From NCBI RefSeq assembly GCF_009914755.1, contig NC_060930.1: a stretch of DNA of 64,000 nt. One strand, written 5' to 3'. The notes under the pieces were generated by a model. That model saw nothing but the letters and a program-made list of their open reading frames with translations. It was not told the origin of the DNA and did no database searches. Below, piece by piece: positions 1-12,053 of the stretch. The stretch is from the human T2T-CHM13v2.0 reference genome, Homo sapiens. Position numbers and translations under genes: made by a program. Each line of letters opens with the position of its first letter. Positions within the stretch are counted from its first letter, which is position 1.

Positions 1-22
1 AGAATGAAAATGGACTAAAACA

Positions 23-420
23 GTATCCAACACTAGGACGATGCATGCACATCAACTAATACTAAGGGAAGATCCCACAAGCCTAGAGTGGGGACTAGGC
101 TGGGAAAAGGCTAGGACTTAAGGCAGGAGCAAGAAATCTAGACAAGGAAAAAAGGCAGAGACTTAAGACAGAGGTGGGAACTTCAGGAAAGAGTTTGATG
201 TCATAGCAACTCAATGCAGAACTCTTGGAAAGCTGTTGACTCTCTCCCTTTCAACAGCCTGCTCTGCCTTATCTTTCAGAGCATACCGTCTCTCTGTGTA
301 AATTCTCTGCTCTCTATATTCCTTCCATAAATTGTCTTTTTTGGCTAAATTAGTCACTTAGCAGAATTCTTTCTCCGAAGTAAGACAAAGATCTGAGGAT
401 TCTTCCACTTCCAGATAACA
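23..420 (+). mobile_element. LTR-like element 3' part (family not assigned)
   Basis: Pyrimidine-rich R/U5-like tract with a degenerate poly(A)-signal region, ending in ...CCAGATAACA like an LTR end. Bases 1-22 look like the end of a MaLR LTR (TGGACTAAAACA). Confidence 0.4.
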
Positions 421-521
421 CTGTATTCATTAATATAGTAACACAGGAGTGGTGACATCATTCTAACCTGTTTATCAATCTAGTTAATCTTTTAATATAT
501 TGAAATCTGTGAATGGAAAAG

Positions 522-770
522 TTTTTTATATAATTTCAACTTTTGAGATTTGGAGGTACATAAGCAGGTTTGTTACATGAGTAAATTAGCCTCTTTTGGC
601 CTCTCACCCTGTGAAGATTGTGTGACACTGAGGTTTGAGGCACAAATGATCTCATTACCCAGCTAGTGAGCTTCATACCCCACAGGTAGTTTTTCAGCCC
701 CTGCCTTCCTCCCTCTCTCCCGGCTCTAGTAGTTGCCAGTGTGTCTTTTGTTGCCATCTTTACGTCCATG
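522..770 (-). mobile_element. L1PB/L1MA-type 3' UTR fragment
   Basis: T-rich tail followed by GGTACATAAGCAGGTTTGTTACATG...CAGGTAGTTTTTCAGCCC...TGTTGCCATCTTTACGTCCATG, the antisense L1 3' UTR pattern. Confidence 0.75.
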
Positions 771-1929
771 TTTTGAAGTGTTTTCTTCATTAAATATCTT
801 GATTCATAGCTATGCATTCTGCTTCCAGTAAAGCAGAAAGTTTTATTTGACTAATATGAACCAAATAGATAAAAAAAAGAACTCATGACAATCAGACTTG
901 GTTAACTGACCATTTGATTAACTGAGCATTTGTTCCATTTGGATCTCCCACCTCTGGGTCAAGGAGAGCCTCTGGATGACTATGTGAATACCCAGGGGGC
1001 TTCGTGTTCAGTGTCACTAAGAAGGAGCTGGGGGCAGGAAGTATAGAAGAATGTGCAGCAAAATGTGAGGAGGACAAAGAATTCACCTGCAGGTATTTCC
1101 ATTGTCGTTGCACCCACACAGGAATCTGTAATTCAGATGGCAAGTTATTTATTCACAAATTTAATAATGATTTAAGAGAAAAGAGGAATTTATAGAGTCA
1201 GGGTTTGGAACTATATTTGCTCACAGTATCTGAAGCCACACTAACAGCTTCTCATTAAGTTTTATTGGAGTCCCCTTTAGAAAAATACCCCAAAAGGAAG
1301 TTATTTATTTTTACACCGGACATAAACATTAGCAGCTATTATTCTTTGCTCTAGTTTTTAACATCATGATTATCAGTAAATGTTTGTTGAGGATCATGTG
1401 AATGAAAGTGTCCTAGATAGATCTGAGCAATGACTTATAGCTGCAAGATCCAGTGCCTGCCCTTTAGTATTTAAGGTGTAGTCAAAGAAACTGGATATAA
1501 TGTTTAAAAAAAAAAAAAAGAAAAGAAAAAAAAAAGCCCAAGTGAGGTACTGCGAAGTGGCATAATCAATGCATGCTCTACCCAGATCCAGAGGAAAGAA
1601 CAGTGCCTAAGGTTGAGGCAGCTAGAGGAGGCTCAGGGAGTAGGCAGGAACTGAGCTGGGTTTGGAGTTGAGAGAGCTCTTGACAAGCACCAGGAAGGTG
1701 GGGGATGGTGTGGTCCTGCACCCTCTGATGGGGACCATTAAGAGATTGAGTTGGCTGAAGCATAGGCTTTGTGTAAGTGATGGGCCTGGGAAGGTAGCTA
1801 TGGACGCCAGACTGAGCACCCACGGCAGGACCATGTGGATGGGGACGGGAGGAGTCAGGGGCCAGGGCAGGGTGGAATGTGGAGCAGAGGTTCAAGGGAA
1901 GTGATCAGAGTCGGGAGGTCATGGAGACG
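771..1929 (+). other. Duplicated PLG-like genomic block (intron 1 end, exon 2, intron 2 start)
   Basis: Sequence after the donor (GTATTTCCATTGTCGTTGCACC...GGAGGTCATGGAGACG) matches my recollection of PLG intron 2 and stops where an MLT1 fragment begins. The left boundary is approximate. Confidence 0.65.
958..1092 (+). pseudogene. Plasminogen exon-2 homolog (end of signal peptide plus PAN/activation-peptide start), pseudoexon
   Basis: Reads [16 protein letters not shown], then a 1-nt frameshift (TTCGTGTTC vs TTCACTGTTC in PLG), then [29 protein letters not shown], close to the mature plasminogen N-terminus. GT donor at 1093-1094. The acceptor at 956-957 is GG instead of AG. Length is 135 nt versus the 136 nt I recall for PLG exon 2. 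Confidence 0.92.
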
Positions 1930-2020
1930 AGCCTCCCAGAACTGGGAGACAATAAACTTATGTCATTGAAGCCATGCAGTTTATGACCCTCTGTTATTGC
2001 TGCCCTAGCAAATGGATACA
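1930..2020 (+). mobile_element. MLT1 (MaLR) LTR 3' fragment
   Basis: AGCCTCCCAGAACTGGGAGACAATAAA...AAGCCA...CTAGCAAATGGATACA is the typical MLT1 3' end. Confidence 0.7.
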
Positions 2021-2035
2021 GGTAGCCATTTAGAT

Positions 2036-2081
2036 TGTCTGCTGAGCCCACTAACTAATGTCTGCTGAGCCCACTAACTAA
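2036..2081. repeat. Perfect 23-bp tandem duplication
   Basis: TGTCTGCTGAGCCCACTAACTAA occurs twice. Confidence 0.95.
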
Positions 2082-3916
2082 TGATTTGATAAATATATAC
2101 TCATGTCTGCCTCTCTGGGGATTTGTGATAGTTTTTTTGAGTTATATGTCATAAAATAGGATAGCTGCATCATCTGGTATACATATGATCAAACTCACTA
2201 AATAATGACAGATTTCTCTTCAGAATCACTCTATCAATTTACGCTTCCTCCATAGTGCAGGGCTATTGTCCATTCCCCAGCTTCCTGAGCATTTTCAGAT
2301 TTGTCAGACTTTTGTCATGTGCTTTTAGTATGCCCTGCATTTCCCCTGTCTGGAAATTACATATTCCAGACAATGAATATTCTATTCATAACAATGAGTT
2401 TTTCTAATTGAAGTGTAGGATGATTCTCTTAATAATCAGAAGCTGTGCCATAAGTACTTTCTCCCACTGTTTGCTCTTTTTAATCTTTTATGCTGTTCTT
2501 TGATAAATGGAAACTTTCATTATTCTTTGATAAATGGACACTTTTATTAATATTTTCCTTCAGAAAAAATGCATTAATCTTTTCCTTTATGGCCTATCAA
2601 TAGAAATATATAGCTTAGGAATTATCTTCCTATTCTGAAATCATAGAGCTAACCCCACCAAATCTTCTTCAAAATGTTTAAGATATGCTTTACACATTCA
2701 AGTCTCTGATTCACATAGAATTTTTCTGTATGGTGTGAAATAAGGACAACATTTGTTTCCCATGCTTCAGAAATATTTATTGTCTGATCCATTTTTCCCA
2801 TTAGGGTGCAATGCCAGGGCCATGATACATCATATTTTCATGGATTCATATTTCCATTGGCATTTATAGTTGGCATTTAAAGTTGATAATTCCAACTTTT
2901 ATAACCACAAAACATGACTTTGAAGAAAGGTATATAACTTTATATTGTCACCATATATGCTAGAATTGCAATGTGTAGAACAACTACTATTAGAGAATAT
3001 TGTCAGTTATAAACTTGTCACATAAATATATAAATATTATAGCTTAAATTTTTCCAGAGTATCTGTCTTTTGGTTTTGTTTCACAGACCCTGTCTTCAGC
3101 AAACATGTGTATCAGACAACTCACCAAATAATAATTTATATTTTGATTATTTTGCCAAATGTAGGTGCTACAAAATTCAAAGATTTTTTATATTCCTTCA
3201 ATTTTGATACGTGATATAAATTGATTTAATTAAATGTAGGAACACTATGAGGTGATTATTCTCACAAGTTAAGATATTCCACATCACAAGTATGAATTTC
3301 AATATTGAAATTTGTACATCATATTTTTAGATACTCAATATTACATAATTTCTAAAATGTTGCTTAATGTATATGGATTTATTAATTTTTTGAAAAAATG
3401 ATTTTAAAATTTGGTTTTCATAAAAATATTTTATAGGCCCACCAATATAATAAAACTAATTTTTTTGATCAGCAAATAAATATGTTGTTAAATTATATCA
3501 TTTAAATTATTCTTTAAAGCCTCCTTTCACTCTCTAGAGTACCCTAATTGGATAATAAATTATATAGTCAGCTTATGTGTTCCCAAACTCTTCGTAGTCT
3601 GGTTTTGTAACTTTTCTTTTTACTCATTTTCCCTCTTTTCTTTCTATAATTTTTGTTTACTTTCTTGTTTTATTATAAATACATTACTTTGGATGAATAA
3701 ACATTGCATCATTATTTAAATTTTCCTTGCTGCTGGTTGTTTTCTTTTTTTTTTAAACATATCTACTTCACTGTCCCCAATTTCAATTTATTTTATATTT
3801 TTTCATCTTAAAATTTTGTTCATGAAAACACACACACACTTAGCATAACACTCCCAGGGCCAAAATCCTCTAAAGATGATTATACCCTTAGGCAAACTAA
3901 AACCATAGTGAGATGC

Positions 3917-4331
3917 TGTTTCATCCCTTTTGCATTGCTCTAAAGGAATACCTGAGGCTGGGTAATTTATAAAGAAAAGGGGCTTTACAGGAAGTATAGC
4001 ACCAGCCTGTATTGCACTTCTCGTGAGGCCTCAGGGAGCTTTTACTCATGGCAGAAGGCCAAGTGTGAGCAGGACATCACATGGCAAGGGAGGGAGTGAG
4101 GGAGACGGAGCAAGAGAGTGAGGGGTGGGGGAAAAATCACACTCTTAACAACCAGAGTTAACCACTCTCAACTCAGAGCAAGAGCTCATTCATTACTGCA
4201 AAGAGGGCACTAAACCATTCATAAGGGATTCATTCCCATTATCCAAACACTTCCTACCAGGCCCCACCTCTGACACTGAGGATCACATTTCAACATGAGA
4301 TTTGAAGGGGACAAACATCCAGACCATATCA
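3917..4331 (-). mobile_element. MSTB-like MaLR solo LTR inserted in old L1
   Basis: GAATACCTGAGGCTGGGTAATTTATAAAGAAAAG...CAACATGAGATTTG...ACCATATCA. Near-TSD GATGC (3912-3916) / GGTGC (4332-4336). Confidence 0.85.
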
Positions 4332-4336
4332 GGTGC

Positions 4337-4945
4337 CAATTACACCCTGCAGAATAGATAAACTTAAAAATACAGTCAAAACACTATTTACAAGGATGTA
4401 GAACAATTGAGACCTTCATATATTGAGAGTAGGAGTGTAGAATAGTACACCCACTTTGAACAACTGCTTTTTTCAATTTCTTATAACATGAAATAAATGT
4501 CCATGGGGGACTTTAGTAACGAATGCTTATGATGGTATTATTGATAACAATCAAAAAGTGGAAATCATGGCCAAAAATTGAAATTCTTACGTCCATCAAC
4601 AGTGAATGGGTATGAAGTTTGTTAATACTATTACAATGGAACATTACTCAACAAGAAAAATGAGTGTGTTGCAGATATATATAACAACATGGAGGAATCT
4701 TATTGACATTGTAAGGAATGAAAGAAACCAGATACAAACACATACACATGTGTTTCAACATGATAAAAATTATAACAGTGGTTTCCTGCGTAGGAGGGTG
4801 TGCTGTGGGCTGAGTGTGTAATTAAAGTCGAGGGAAAAAAGTATTCTTGATTGGGGGAGGGGTTTACACCAGTGTCACAGTCATTGAACTCTACTTTAAA
4901 TCAATGTGTTTTATTTTATGTCAATTGTAACCTAATGAAGATGGT
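4337..4945 (+). mobile_element. Old L1M (L1ME-like) 3' fragment
   Basis: CAAGGATGTAGAACAATTG, GTCCATCAACAGTGAATGG and ACAATGGAACATTACTCA are L1 3'-end motifs. Confidence 0.65.
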
Positions 4946-5920
4946 CAGAAATCCCATGGTTTTTATTTTTAACATTTGTAAGTTCAAAAAAAAATAGCAG
5001 AAACTATAAGCAAATCTATATTTATACATAATCAATTTATTTTTCAGCATAACTAAATAATTGCTTTAAGCCAGTGATAGATTTTCGGGAATAAAAATAC
5101 AACAAAATCAATAAAAATTCTCTTTGTTAAATACAATAGTCTGTTGGGAGTATTTAGATTTTATTCAATTTTCTTTCCTTGCTATTATTTTACCATATAA
5201 AAAACTAAATAAAGTAAATAGATTTGATGCTATTATTCCCAACTCCTGTTAAGGAAACAAAGTTAAATAATTCTCTATGTATGAAAAAATACAAACAAAG
5301 AGCAAGTGGCGTCTACATTTTTTGTTACCAGCCAACAGGCTTTATGTTGGATGAATAGATCCCAAACTGTGTTTCATAAAGCAGTAATTCCCCATAATAT
5401 CTCTTTCAAAAAATACAAATTTTTGCAATATATCTTTGCCAATTTTTGAATAAACAAATATAAGGTCATGTATGAGGTATTTTAAGAAGTTGTGCACTAT
5501 TTCTCAGAAAGTCAGGGAGTTGCTTACAAAATCACTTGATATATAAATGCATTGACATTTAGCCAAGGTGGCATTTTTCATAAGAAACCCGCAGTGGACA
5601 TGTGTGCTGTCAAGTCTTTCTATGTATGATTACATATGCATGTGTTTCTTTCTGTATATGGCTTTTAAATATTCATAATAAAGTATAAAGTATAAAAGTA
5701 ACATATCTTTTTATGTGTTAAGACGTTTTAAAGTTCCATGGTTGACACAGTCAGAATGATTTTGTACATCAGTTAATTTACCAGTGAGATGTTTTGTTGG
5801 TTTCAATAATCCAAACATGAATTTTAGTATTCATGTTAATGCTCTGTCAGTGGATTTTAAAGAAGTGTTCATGAGCAAAAGAAAGAAATGTTTACAATAC
5901 ATAATAGATCTCATTGTTAC

Positions 5921-6219
<299 letters not shown>

Positions 6220-6729
6220 TCATTGTTATTTTTAACATTCATCGTCTTGATGGTAGAAATGTTTTTGATACATACAGCAATAATTCCTTCTTATAGAAAT
6301 TGATACCTACTTCATGTATGGAATAATTTCCAAGCCTGCAACTTTCGAGACAGTGCACTATTCAAGGGCTCATAGAGGATCTGATTTATGAATATGAAAT
6401 CCCATAGAATAGTGCCTAAACCTAAAGGACCCACTTTATGGTATAAAAAAAAAAAAAAAAAAAAAACCTGCAACAGTGAACATATGGCAGTGGGATCCAT
6501 CCATTTACCAGATCAACCAAAACCTCTCTGCCTGTAAGACTGGTCTCTTTTTTAAAAAATAAAAAATTAAAAAACTAAAAAGCTATGGTGTTGGTCTGGG
6601 GATGACACCTTCCAAAGTTTTGGCTCTGCCCTCAAAGGTGCATTTGGCTCTGTCCTCAAAGGTGCATTTTCATACTTTGAGTGAATGGCCATCACATGGT
6701 GCTTTGTCCCCACTAACTAGAAAACATGG

Positions 6730-7183
6730 ATGATAAACTGGATATATGAATGGACAATGGCTAGACCATATATAAAAACAGGACGTTGACCCATAATCTT
6801 CAGCAACCAGTCCAGGAAACCAAATAAGCTCTGTAACAATCAGCCCAAAACAGTCAGGACTTAATTAAGAACTTCGAGCTTCCTTAATTTTTGCCACCTT
6901 TATAACTTTGGACAACTAGAGAAAGCCAAATATGCTCCCCAAACCACATAGGATTCTACTTAGCCCATCTCCAGCTACCCTGGGCCAACAACCTCTTATC
7001 AGAGGATACCTGAAATACTCCCTTTTTGTCCACTATAAAACTTTCCCGTTCCCCTGCCTGCCATTGAGTCTTTGCCAACTTTAGGGATTCTAGTGATGTT
7101 GGCTGCCTCCTCTCTGCTATAAAAATCTGTGAATAAAGAACCTCTGCTTGATCTCACTTGTGTGGTCTTTGTTTATTTCCACA
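6730..7183 (+). mobile_element. Old ERV LTR (MER21/MER77-like)
   Basis: GACCCATAATCTTCAGCAACCAGTCCAGGAAACC and CAGCCCAAAACAGTCAGGACTT motifs, TATA-like and AATAAA elements, CA end. The start is approximate. Confidence 0.5.
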
Positions 7184-7212
7184 TGGACCAGGAACCAAAG
7201 GATAGAAGGAGG

Positions 7213-7669
7213 TGTAGGAGATTGGTCAGAGTGGTGGGAGAAGCTATACGGAAAGGAGCAGGCCTTCTGAAAAGTCGGAAGGCTCTGCATAGCTTCGGGA
7301 GAGAATAAGCTGAAGGCAGCTGTTCTCTTACCCTGAGACAGAGGGTGAGGAATAGGTACAAGGGAGTGTAAGGGAATTTATCTTAAATAGGCTTGTTTAC
7401 TTATGTTATCCAAAAACTGACCTTTGATCATCCATGCAGGTGACTGCTCCCTAAAAGGGAGAACAATAATGTTAATTACCTGCAGATTGTGTTTGCTCCC
7501 AGATTTCGGCATTGTATCTATACTAAATAAAAGCAAGCAGCTCCAGCTGTTCAAGACTGCTCACTCTTCGGCCACTAGTGAGTCTCCTAGCTGCTCTTAC
7601 ACTGCATACCTGTGTCTGAGTACTCCTTTCATCTGTCACTCGGCCAGGGTCTATGAGACAGACCCGGCA
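7213..7669 (+). mobile_element. LTR22 (HERV-K HML-5) solo LTR
   Basis: TGTAGG...TCAGAGTGGTGGGAG...GACAGACCCGGCA with TG...CA ends and a perfect 6-bp TSD AGGAGG (7207-7212 / 7670-7675). Confidence 0.85.
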
Positions 7670-7999
7670 AGGAGGCATGACCCCTTTCATTATAATTTCT
7701 AGTAATCCATTCAGGAAATTGTTTCCTATCCCAAAACCTGTGGGCCTGCAGAATTAGTGGTTGCCTCAGTCTTGCAAGATGGGTAGGCACTTATACCAGG
7801 TAGTAACTATGTTGTTACTTGGTTACTTTGTCTTTTTTTTTTCCATCCATAGTCTCATACCCCACTACCCTATCACCTGCACCCTGCCATAACCTCCCAT
7901 ATAAATTATTTGCATTCACGTTCTTTTTCAGAGGTCTGCTTCACAGATAACTCAACCTAAGATAAACTTCAACAAGATATTTGTGTTTATTATAATAGT

Positions 8000-8930
8000 T
8001 ATTCCCGCTGTAATTGATAGTCTTCCATACTTCAGTAACTAAACAAAGAAAAGTTTAATTCTTATGTAAGACTAAATGGCATGAGGGGGTGGGTGTTAAC
8101 CCTAACAATTCAAGAACACAGATTGATGGAGGCTTGAAAAATATTCAGTGTGTGACTTTCAAAAGTGTCCTCAGCACCAAAATCCAATAAGCAGATGAAC
8201 ACAAGAGCCGAAAATCATGCAAGTTATTTTTATTGTCCAGACGTGACACTGACCAGAATTTAGTCATGTGGGCATACCAAACTGCAGATGAGGCTGGGAA
8301 ATGAATTGTAGCTGCGTGCCCAGGAGGAAGGAGGTAGGTGAACAACTAAACAGACACTGCCCTGGATGTTCTTTTCTGGTAACCACATACTTGTTTTGTT
8401 CCTCTTCTGAGAAAACACACCCCAACCTATTTCCCAAGTAAGCTTCATCTTCTGAGGTGTACCAGCCTAGAACTGTCCTTCCCTTGGCTCCAAATATGCC
8501 CCTGAGTGATGGCAATCTAGAAATTTAAAATAAGAAAACCACCCACTACTATCCTTTCATACACCCAATGTACAATGTTGGAGCAAAAACAAAGACAGCA
8601 ATAAAAACTCATAATCAAGAGGAAGCATCAAAAACACACAATATTCTCTGGACATCATAATTTAGAAATCTTTCAGCAAGCCTTATGAAAGTCCCCTACC
8701 CTGAATGCAGGCACAGTTCATTAGATGACTCTATTCCTGTTCTCTGCAAGGAATGAGATCCTGTGTTTCTTGTGGCCCATGGATTCACCCTCGGTGAGAT
8801 TCTTTGCATCCATTTTTCTCCATGGACACATCTGAAGTTGGTTTTGGCAACTTTCCCCTGCTTATGAGTTTTACGGCTTTCATGACCCACTTCCTACTGG
8901 TACATACTTGACTATTTAAAATTTGTTTTA
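8000..8930 (-). mobile_element. Old MLT1-type LTR/internal remnant
   Basis: TTAGTCATGTGGGCATACCAAACTGCAGATGAGGCTGGGAAATG resembles antisense MLT1. Boundaries are approximate. Confidence 0.45.
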
Positions 8931-10682
8931 AAACTGAATGGTTAAAACTTTTTGAAAAATTGTCTCATTTCTTTAATTGCTTAATACTCTGATGTGTATA
9001 TTTTAAATCAGTTTCATTTACCAATAATCAAACTTAAAGGTGCTTTGCTTTTTTTCCTAGGAATCATGTTCAAGTATAAGTTGCTTTTTTTCTGCCTGTC
9101 CCTATTTCATTCTCTTCAAGTGGGAGTGATTTCATTAGTGCTACCTGCATTTCATTGGACAGAGATGAGTCAATTACCATATCTAATTATTAATATAAGA
9201 GAGGATGAGAACAGAAGTCTAGCTATGAGCTCAGAAGGAAAGGTAAATAAAATTATTGCCAATCGGTTTCTGCGTTCTATTCAGCATAAAACTGTCCCAT
9301 GAAATTTTAAGTAATTTTTATTTTGTTGAAATGATAAAACATGAAATTACTTAAATATTGAACATTAAAATATATTAGGGTCCAATTCATTCATTTATTT
9401 ATAAATATGTATTATCTAATGTGCCAGCACTGAACTAAATGTTAGGTATACAGGAGTAGATAAAACACACAAAAATCCTATTTTATATGGAGCTTACATT
9501 AGTGCCAACAATTTATTTGACTTAAGATAAAAATGTGATGATAGACATTGAAAATTATTGCTTCCTAATTTGTACTCATTTGTAAAGATGATTATCTTCC
9601 TAGTAGAATAAAATTAGTTGGAGCAAAAATCATAGATGCTATATTGGACATTACCACTAATGAATTCTTTTCAGAGCAATTCCCTAAAGACATCCAAGTG
9701 GCAAACATAATTTTAATATCAAAGAAATTACTAGAGGGGCACAGCAGGAAAATTCATACTAAGTCAATTTAATTTAAATTATAAACTGCAGTAGGAAAAT
9801 TAGTTTTAAAAAATCGAATGGAGAAGCACATGGAGAAAGTTGGTTCTAAGGTGGTTCCCAACATTAAAAAAAGAAACTCTTAATTCACTCCATTCCCTCT
9901 TGGCTAATTTACTTGAGTTTCTATAGAAGAAACACCACAAAGGCATTTATATGTATGAAGTTTATGATTCAACAACCTATAAATTAGTTTTTGAGGCTCA
10001 GCAAAATATATATGAAGTCACTGAAAGTTGATAGAATTTATTGTAAAAATCAAAGGTTTTTAATGAAATATTTTAGGATAAAGATATAAAAATATTCATA
10101 AGAGTATTATATCATTTTTCTAAATTTATACAGGAATAATTTAAATGCCATTGTTCATTTGTACAATTCAACATGCTGTTTCTAAAGTTTATATGCAAAT
10201 GCAAAACACCTAGAATGGTCAATAACTTAAAAAAACAACCAACAAAATTAGAGGACTTAAACAACATGGTTTGAAGATATACTATAAGGCCACAGTAATT
10301 ATGATGATAGATATAAGATTTAAAAACTAAAAAAAAACAAAATACTGTCTCCAGATGTAGACTCACATGTATTTGATAAATTAATTTTTGATAGCAATGA
10401 CAAGGTAATTCAATATGAATAAAAAAGACTTTTCAATAAACATTACTGGAATTAATATTGAACATTAATGTTCAATAAACATTACTGGAAAATGTTTTCA
10501 GTAAACATTATCCAAATGGAGAAAAAATTACCCTACAATATTTACAAAAAAAAATTCAAGATGGGTCATAAGCTTAAATGTGTAAGCTGAAGCCATAAAG
10601 TTTCTAGAAGAAAATGTAGGAGAATGACTTTGTAATATGGAGGTAGAGAATAATTTCTTAGAGGAGACATTAATGAACCAAA

Positions 10683-10729
10683 CTGGGTTCAACCAGAGAA
10701 GCAGAACTAGCAGGATATGTGGATGGATG

Positions 10730-10787
<58 letters not shown>

Positions 10788-11120
10788 TGATTTGTTATAA
10801 GGAATTAACTTACACAATTATAACGGATGGCTAAACAATCCAAAATCCATAAAGCTGTCAGTAAGAAAGGAAGATCGTGAGGATGAACTCCATGCATATA
10901 GGAAGCTCCCCTACTTTCTCTCACTTTCACTCCCTCTCCTACCTAAGCCCAGTTTTTAAGGCCTCCTAGTTGATTCACTCAGCAGGCTAACCAAAAGTTT
11001 CCAGAATAATCTCCCTTACTTATATCTGCGCATTGGCAAACTATCCTCACAATGATACTGAGATGAGTATTTGAAAAACTGAAAACTGTTGGCGGGTCAA
11101 ATTGATGAATCAAAAATTCC
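10683..11120 (-). mobile_element. MLT2 (ERVL) LTR
   Basis: GGGTTCAACCAGAGAAGCAGAACTAGCAGGATAT, then a microsatellite, then GATTTGTTATAAGGAATT, the antisense MLT2 layout. Confidence 0.7.
10721..10788. repeat. Compound tetranucleotide STR (GGAT)3(AGAT)9(AGAC)4
   Basis: Counted directly from the sequence. Confidence 0.95.
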
Positions 11121-11479
11121 ATGTTAAAGAGACAAAGTAATAAAATGAATTTCATTAAAATTAAATTTTTTGCTTATGCAAAATTACCACTTAGGAAATG
11201 AAAAGTTAATCCACAGACTGGGAGAATACAATCACAATACTTAAATCTTACTAAGGACTTGTATCAAGAATACATAAAGGACTCCTACAAATATGAAACA
11301 CAAGTAATTCAATAATAACAGAAAAAAGTTTTAAAAGACAGTTCTTAAGGTAACATATATAAATGCCCAAGAAGTACATGAAAAGGTATTCAACATCTTT
11401 CATCAGCAAAGAAGTACAAATGAAAGCAAAAAACAAAGTATTTTTTGCCACCCCCTGGAATAGCAAAAATTACAAAGAC

Positions 11480-12053
11480 TGAGACAGTAATAAATCAGGG
11501 TGGTCACAGGAGAGTAGAAAATTCCAGGCAGCAGTTTCAGATGACTAGCAAAAGGAAACTGTTGGAAGATCTGCCGAGGCTAAGGGCTAAGAAAACCCTA
11601 AAAAACAGGGTGTGGACCAAGCCGGCTAAGATCAACTGAACCTAACATGGCGCTGGATTTGACCTAGGTTTCACTAGGACCTTATTATATGCTCATTACA
11701 CACCCACTAGTGCCATGACAGTTCTGAGAACAGTCATATTTGGTTAAAAATGGGTGGCAACCACAGACCTGAGAAATCTCCACCTTTGCCAAGAATTTTC
11801 ATGAATATTCAACCCCTTGGTTGAAGGGGCCCATAAAGGTAAAACCAGCTTGTGCATGTCTGTCTCTTGAGTACAACTCAACTGCGCTCTCTTTTCTTAA
11901 ATGTCTACTTTTCCCTTTACAATAAATCTCTGTACTTTCACTATTTCCTGACTCTCTCTTGAATTCATTCTCGTGACAGTGTCAAGAGCCTGGATGGCCC
12001 TGGGGTCAAGGTCCCACTAGCATTCAGGAACCTCCCCCAGGCTGCCAGTATCA
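11480..12053 (+). mobile_element. MER41-group (MER41D/E-like) solo LTR
   Basis: TGAGACAG...GGGTGGTCACAGGAGAGTAGAAAATTCCAGGCAGCAGTTTC...CAGTATCA with TG...CA ends. L1 sequence continues on both sides. Confidence 0.7.

Noticed and set aside
1004-1195. 63-aa ORF as a functional plasminogen-like micro-protein
   Set aside because: It starts at a GTG created by the frameshift, reads through the splice donor into intron, and has no signal-peptide exon or valid acceptor.
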